A DNA stretch of 60,899 nt, filler included, from Sphacelaria rigidula (lineage: Eukaryota), in NCBI GenBank assembly GCA_964200075.2. It is 5 parts of 5 records of this genome, joined end to end, with 100 filler letters (N's around TTAATTAATTAA, not from the genome) between each part and the next. Parts side by side here need not be neighbours in the genome. Positions count along the whole stretch, not along the records: positions 48,802 to 60,899 come from CAXNAA020004129.1; 4 more parts are not named here. One strand, 5' to 3'. The notes under the pieces are model-generated. The model searched no databases and was not told the DNA's origin. It saw nothing but the letters and a program-made list of their open reading frames with translations. The position numbers were made by a program, and so were the translations under genes. Each line of letters opens with the position of its first letter. The first letter of the stretch is position 1. Positions 55,011 through 60,899 of this stretch are shown here, piece after piece.

Positions 55011-55293
55011 CACTCTATAATCGTGAGATGGTTCAACAGATCGCTGCGTCATCGTCATCGGTTAAACAAAACGAAAATAATAGGGGGAAGATAGAAGGCA
55101 TGTATGCACACGATTGTGTGCAGAGATCGGCGGGGATTTCCCACTCTTTCGCGACAGCCGCTATTTTTGGTCACCAGAAATCGACGAGCTCTAAGTGATT
55201 CTCATATGGCATCCCGCATCAGTAAGCATATGCACGAGTGCGCACGTCACAGCCGGCTCGGATTCTTCAAGAGGTTTTGCAGGTTCAGCTCAC

Positions 55294-55362
55294 CTCTCGC
55301 TGCTCACAATTCTCCATCCGGGTGTTATACTCGTCTTTCATGAAGTCAAGGGCGTCATCCAC
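55294..55362 (-). CDS. CCDC42/CFAP73-like protein, exon 2
   Basis: ttacag|VDDALDFMKDEYNTRMENCEQRE|gtgagc, phase 0/0. Confidence 0.87.
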
Positions 55363-55571
55363 CTGTAATTACAAAACGGGGTGCGTTTATAGTGTTCATT
55401 ACCATATGTATATTCTGACTACGAAGAACATGCAAGAGCATACCAGAAAAATGAAAAGTCAAGGCTTGCAAGCTACCCTACTGTATTCGCCGTATCGAGC
55501 AGACGAACAAGGAAAGTCTCGTTGCATATATGGGCTACTTCCCCGCTCAGGCCGAATCGTGTTCACAAGGA

Positions 55572-55677
55572 AAATCCGTGTTGGCCTCCCTCCCGTGTGA
55601 CCCCGGCTGATGCGCCCACACATACCGGAAGGTGTAGACTGGCGTGCAGAATAAATGGGATGACAACACAACAACAC
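55572..55677 (+). mobile_element. tRNA-SINE family, 5'-truncated copy
   Basis: gtgtgaccccggctgatgcgcccaca...gtagactggcgtgcagaataaatggga. Confidence 0.75.
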
Positions 55678-56494
55678 TGGAGAGGGATAAAAAAATGAAT
55701 TTCATGTTCCGAACCTTTGCAGGAGAATCCGCTTAGTCGCATTAATAACAACTATACAAGTACTTTTGAAGTTGGTGGCCGTGATGTTGAGATATCCGAT
55801 ATTCGGGGGTTGAAAAAGAGGGAAGACACTTTCTACGATAACCTCCCAAAAAAATGTGGCTGGTTTGGGGAGGCAAAATATACACGTGAATCGAAATGAA
55901 AAAAACCGAGCACAACGAGCAGCTGGGAATTTCCATGCTTGAGCTCGTTTTTGCCAATGTCGCTCATATGAGGCGCTTCATGCAGGCTGAAAGCAAACAT
56001 CAGGTGCAGTATGACCATTTTGTTGTGACAGTTTTGGGGGGGGGTTGGGGAGGGGGCTATCGTAGAAAGTAAGTGTCGAAAATCGATCCACGGGTGCGGT
56101 TCGCGAACCCCCCCCCCCCTTCAAGTCGTATGAAAATCACAGGGGTGTTTTGCATGTAACATGGCTAATCACAACACGGAAGTCACAATGAAAAACTCGT
56201 TTCTCTGCGCAAGCGCCGTCCCTTACAAAATTATTTTTTCGATCGGCGGGTGCTCTCCTACAGGAAATTATCAAACATTTCCCACCTTGTGTTTCTTCTC
56301 TGATCTAAATTCTGATCGGCTCTACCCCCCATAAATCGGCCAAGCGGAGTTGATGAAAGCGAAGGCAAAAGAGAGTTCGGTAATGCGGCGAGGGAAAAAG
56401 AATTCGACACGAGGATGATTTAGTCTCATTTTTGTACTTCGTTCTACGTCGTTTTTCGGCGTTCAGAGAGCGACGAACGGGAAATGCAATCTTT

Positions 56495-57919
56495 CACGCG
56501 TAGGACAGCTCATGAGCTAGCTCATCTGCGGGCGGTAGCTTACTTGTAGTCAAACATATACATGTACGCTACGTCCGATAGCTCAATACAAGGTAAACGT
56601 GCGCTGATGAGCTACGAGTTGGTAGCTCGCCCAGGACAAACATGCGTAGCTCATGCAGCTCTCATAGTTCACCCAGGGCGAATATGAGCTGATGAGCTAC
56701 GGGTTGGTAGCTCACCCAGGGCAAACATGTGTAGCTCATGCAGCTCTCACAGCTCACCCAGGACAAATCTGAGTTGATGAGCTACGGGTTGGTAGCTCAC
56801 CTATCGCAAACGTGCGTAGCTCATACAGCTCCCATAGCTCACACAAGGAGAATATGAGCTGATGAGCTCAGGGTTGATAGCTCACCCAAGGCAAATATGT
56901 GGAGCTCATGTAGCTCTCACAGCTCACCCCAAGGAAAACATATGCGGATGAGCTACGCTCGGTAGCTCACCCAAGGCAAACATGCGTAGCTCACGCAGCT
57001 CTTGTAGCTCACCCGGGGAAAACATGAGCGGATGAGCTACGCCCGGTAGCTCACCCCAGGGACACATGGTCGTGGCTCACTCACGTCATATGCCTAGCTC
57101 GCCGCTGGCCAACCCCGTGTCGCTTATGATGAAACATTCTTGTTCGAACGGTTTGAACGATGGCGCCACATATCATTAGGTTGTGATGTTTTGCCTCATT
57201 CTTCGCTATAGGAAGGAAAGAAGCCAACACATATCCTCGTTCGCATGGTCGGATGGTTAAAAAAAGTATCGCTATTCAATGTCTACAATAATCGACAGAT
57301 TCATTTCTTTTGATCGGTTGGCCGCGAGGGTACGAATCCATCTGGTCATGCATACGTTTTTCAGGTGAAATTGGAGCCGATTAATATATTACTTATGCTC
57401 GCCGTCAAGAGGTTAGCCTTTTGACCGCAAGGGTAGGCAATCTGCTAAATCAGCAAAGTTCACTTTATATTTCGGGTGTGGACGATGCCGAGTCAGAGAC
57501 CTCCTACCCTCGCGGTCAAAGGGATAAGCAATCGTAGCTCTCATAGCTCTCATAGCTCATCCAGGGCAAACATGTCTAGCTCATGCATCTCTCATAGCTC
57601 ATACGGGGCAAACATGTCTAGCTCATGCAGCTCTCATAGCTCACCCAGGACGAATGTGAGCTGATGAGCTACGGGTTGGTAGCTCACCTATTGCAAATGT
57701 GCGTACCTCTTACAGCTCCCATAGCTCACCCAGGACGAATGTGAGCTGATGAGCTACGGGTTGATAGCTCACGTACGGTAAACATGCGTAACTCATACAG
57801 CTCTCATAGCTCACCCCAGGAAAAACATGCGTAGCTCATGTAGCTCTCATAGCTCACTAGGGAGCTACGCTCAAAAAGAGCTAGCTTGAGCTATGGGGAG
57901 CTGATCTGTCCGACGTGTG
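56495..57919. mobile_element. Non-autonomous hAT-like element filled with AGCT-rich tandem repeats
   Basis: 14-bp TIR cacgcgtaggacag / ctgtccgacgtgtg (2 mismatches). 8-bp TSD caatcttt/gaatcttt. Arrays of ~86-bp units at 56600-57060 and 57535-57860. Confidence 0.8.
57417..57523. mobile_element. ~107-bp piggyBac-like MITE nested in the hAT-like element
   Basis: TIR ccttttgaccgcaagggtagg / cctaccctcgcggtcaaaggg; flanks ttag/ataa. Confidence 0.65.
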
Positions 57920-58495
57920 GAATCTTTCGAAACGTTTCCTCTGCAGGGTGGGATGACTCTAAGCTCGGAAGTAGCCCATCCTAGAATACCCAACATTCTG
58001 TCAGACGCTGATCAACTCGCTCATCACTACTTGTTTGTACAGATCTAGTGTCGGTTCCCCCTTCTCTAGGGCAGGAGCTCTCAAGAGCATGACAGCGCGT
58101 GCACTGCGCCAAGGTGACAGGCAGTTTTTAGTGGGTCCGACCCCCACGCTGCAATGAGCAAAGTTTGCAAATGCTCGAGGTGCCTACCCCACATGACCGC
58201 AAGGAGGCGATCTGGCCGAGCCTCCGGGTAATTGGCACACGAACCCGCTTGAGGGGTAAGTGTTGGATCACGTTTCCTCTTTCCTTCAAGAAAAAAAAAA
58301 TCCCCCTCCCCCCCTCTGTCAAATCTGTAACGAAAATCGACCGATCACACATGCAGCTTCCAGAATACAGATGAATGCCACCCCTACTTCGGCGCTATGC
58401 CGTGTTGATGTGTTGATGTACAACCTGGTACAGCTACAATGACAGACCGTGCAGCAGGAACAACAATGCCGCTACCCAGTACCCGCACTGCATAC

Positions 58496-58657
58496 CTCGC
58501 GCATTTCCTTCTTCTTCTTGAGGAGCAAGGTCGACTGGCTGGTCTGCGCCACCCCGGCCACCATTTCCTCCAGCTGATCGGCGTCGATCGCATCGTCCGC
58601 ACGGCCGCGCCGCTTGCCCTTTTGCGTAAGAAAGACGCTGCCTTGATCCTTCGTCAT
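58496..58657 (-). CDS. CCDC42/CFAP73-like (DUF4200) flagellar coiled-coil protein, exon 1
   Basis: MTKDQGSVFLTQ...VAQTSQSTLLLKKKKEMRE|gtatgc, phase 0. Confidence 0.85.
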
Positions 58658-59013
58658 GCTCGATGAGGTGCGGTGACCGACCGGCCTACTGTACACCGTC
58701 TGTATGTTGTATACTGGAGCGCCCTGAAATAAGCCAACCCGGGCAAGGGTTATCTCAGCGCGCTATACGAAAGAAAGTCACCTTACTGCACCTCGGCCGG
58801 GGCTACAGTGCAGCAGTGTACGGTGCGCGATGCAGTGAGCCAGCACAGCGTACCTGTGTGCGATCGGTAACAACTCCAACAGTACAGTGCAGGCGAAAGC
58901 ACCACAGAGTATATGCACCATGCCCACCCACCAGCCCTTGTCTGATTTCGATCGCAGTGCTCAGTCGTAGTCCTTTCGATCAAGTCACCACCAACGGCGA
59001 ACCCCACACTCGT
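58658..59013. promoter_or_regulatory. Putative bidirectional promoter region between the flagellar gene and thymidylate kinase
   Basis: Divergent start codons with no recognisable repeat between them. Positional inference only. Confidence 0.45.
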
Positions 59014-59103
59014 ATGCTAGTGAGGAGGATCTCTTGCATAATCGGATGCGGGCGGACTTTCTCTCCTCGGGACTGTCACGAGATCAAGCATACGCCTCGA
59101 GCG

Positions 59104-59135
59104 ATGTCTTGGGCGGTCCCACGGATCTTGCAGCG
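59104..59135 (+). CDS. Candidate upstream exon of thymidylate kinase (targeting peptide; in-frame ATG also at 59014)
   Basis: MSWAVPRILQ+CG|gtttca. Phase 2 matches the acceptor ttctgtag|C at 59429. The donor is weak. Confidence 0.35.
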
Positions 59136-59428
59136 GTTTCAGATTCGGATTCAGTTTTCTGCTTGTTCTCGGTTGCTGTATGACCACGGGTCTGAAACAT
59201 GAAAATCCCGGGCGAAAGTCGAAAAACATGCAGCTCGAATGCCCACCCATTACAGTTGAGATGTCATACATTGAGCTGTAGTCCTTGATCAGCAGTGTTC
59301 GAGGCTAGTGGTTACAAACCACAGCTCTTCTAAGTCCTGTGTGGGTACGAGGCCGCGTGCTTCCATCTCGATTCGAAAATCAGGGTCCTCAAGGCTCCCG
59401 CACTCCGTACCCTGCTGTCGTTCTGTAG

Positions 59429-59742
59429 CTTGGGGCTACAGTTGCGCTCGATCAAGCTAGGTGGCGGAACAGCAACAGCAGGCGCCGGAATTGGAGACAG
59501 CGTAATCGGTGGTATTTTCCATCGTGGAGAGCAGCCGTGGACGTCTTTTCGTCGAACTCTAATGTCTAATGGAGGTGCTGATGAGGGTGGGAGTAGTGTG
59601 ATTAATGGTGTTGGTGAGAAGGGCAGGGGGGCGTTCATCCTGTTCGAGGGTGTGGACAGATGCGGCAAGACTACCCAAGCGAATCTGCTCGTGGAGAGTC
59701 TCAAGGAGAGGGGTCATGATGCTTGCTTCATGCGTTTTCCAG
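59429..59742 (+). CDS. DTYMK: Thymidylate (dTMP) kinase, exon with the P-loop; internal ATG at 59562; 3' exons not identified
   Basis: [39 protein letters not shown]+G|gtatcc, the classic eukaryotic dTMP kinase N-terminus. Confidence 0.92.
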
Positions 59743-60899
59743 GTATCCATCAATGGGTGTTTATATCAGCGCCGCTTGTTGTGGTGCGGAATTGCGATAA
59801 GGGAAATTGTATGTAGTATGTACGTTGCCCCGCGCAGAAGTACTCTCGCGGTCCGTCTATCGTGCGAGAGGGAGCCGCAATTTGAAAACGACCCTCGACC
59901 GTTTCTCGCGCCAAATCATCTTCATTACAGTAGCATTCCGTTAGTTGTTCCTGTGTTAACCCTTAGACCGCGATGCGGGTAGTCCATCTGGATCACATAC
60001 TTTTTTCAAGTGAAATTGATGCCGATTAACCCTTAGACAGCGCCCCCCCCGCTGGTAGACTGAGGTAGACACTACTTTGGTAGACTGAGGTAGGTAGACA
60101 CTACTTTTTGGGGTTCATAATCATTCCTTTGCCACAACCCAAAACGCCTACTCTACGGCGGAAGGGACCGGGAGTGAATAAGAGGCACATAGTTGCGTCA
60201 TAACACAGACGGTGGTGTGGTTGTCGACCACCTGATTATTAATTAAGCCTCACATTTTTGCTGTGCAGTCTGTAGTGTATCGTGGCGTGGCTGCACGTGC
60301 GGTCTGCAGCGTACTGGATCTTACATTGTTGAACGTGCCGATTGTACGCAGCATGCGTTTGGATGTCGCACCATGACTACCGCCGCGAACGCCCCTGACA
60401 ACCGTAGAGCAATTGCTCGGCGATGACGGTCGCCTCACCGTCGAAGTACTTATTTATTCACGTGCGTCGGGTACTCGTGGCCGCCGGTCGCGTGTTGCGC
60501 CATGACGTTTAATACCAGATGGAGGTGTGGAGCTAGTACGACGCTCAGGCAGTACTGAACAGACAGGCACAGTGTACCAAAGATGCTCGAACACCTACTC
60601 TTTGGTTATATATTCTATGGTTGATTTGGCATGCTCAAAATGAGTTATGAGGGTAGACAGCGAATGTGTCTACCAGGTGTGTACCTCTACCGTAACAAAA
60701 GTGCTCATTTTGACGACCATGATTGGTCAGAATGGTCATCCCGTGCCTCTCGGGCCTCGTGCACGGCTCATAATTTTCCGCGGGAAACTTCCAAACACAC
60801 ATGGTTGATTCCGTGAGCTTCTCCGCTGCTCCGCGGAGAGACCCCCCCCCCTCAAAAAACACCCCCCCCCCAGCCACGGAAACACCCCGACGCCTCCCA

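Noticed and set aside
56600..57860. CRISPR-like appearance of the regularly spaced palindromic repeats
   Set aside because: The intervening sequences are themselves repeated rather than unique spacers, there are no cas genes, and the context is eukaryotic.

Overview
Eukaryotic, repeat-rich genomic DNA, most likely from a brown alga or related ochrophyte (inferred from long repeat-filled GT-AG introns, a bipartite plastid-targeting exon, a flagellar gene and the repeat families). The window is not one locus. It consists of five pieces of 12101, 12101, 12100, 12099 and 12098 bp joined by identical 100-nt linkers (N44-TTAATTAATTAA-N44), which indicates length-sorted unplaced contigs, so nothing should be linked across the gaps. 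Most ORFs in the track are spurious; the real genes are short spliced exons that I assembled by hand. Contig 1 holds the last two exons of a GT61-family glycosyltransferase and a decayed LTR retrotransposon. Contig 2 holds the first exon of a plastid-targeted protein and a foldback of about 2 kb. Contig 3 holds YIPF5/Yip1 (4 exons). Contig 4 holds a two-exon Ska2-like kinetochore gene that the ORF track mostly misses. Contig 5 holds a CCDC42/CFAP73-like flagellar gene head-to-head with thymidylate kinase. The rest is a tRNA-derived SINE family, LINE 3' ends, several MITE/TIR families, minisatellites and microsatellites. I found no demonstrably new multi-gene system. The best leads are the Ska2-like gene, the foldback with a near-perfect core, the structured SINE family, inverted MITEs bracketing two YIPF5 exons, and a possibly dual-targeted thymidylate kinase. 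All family assignments come from motif recall, not database searches.
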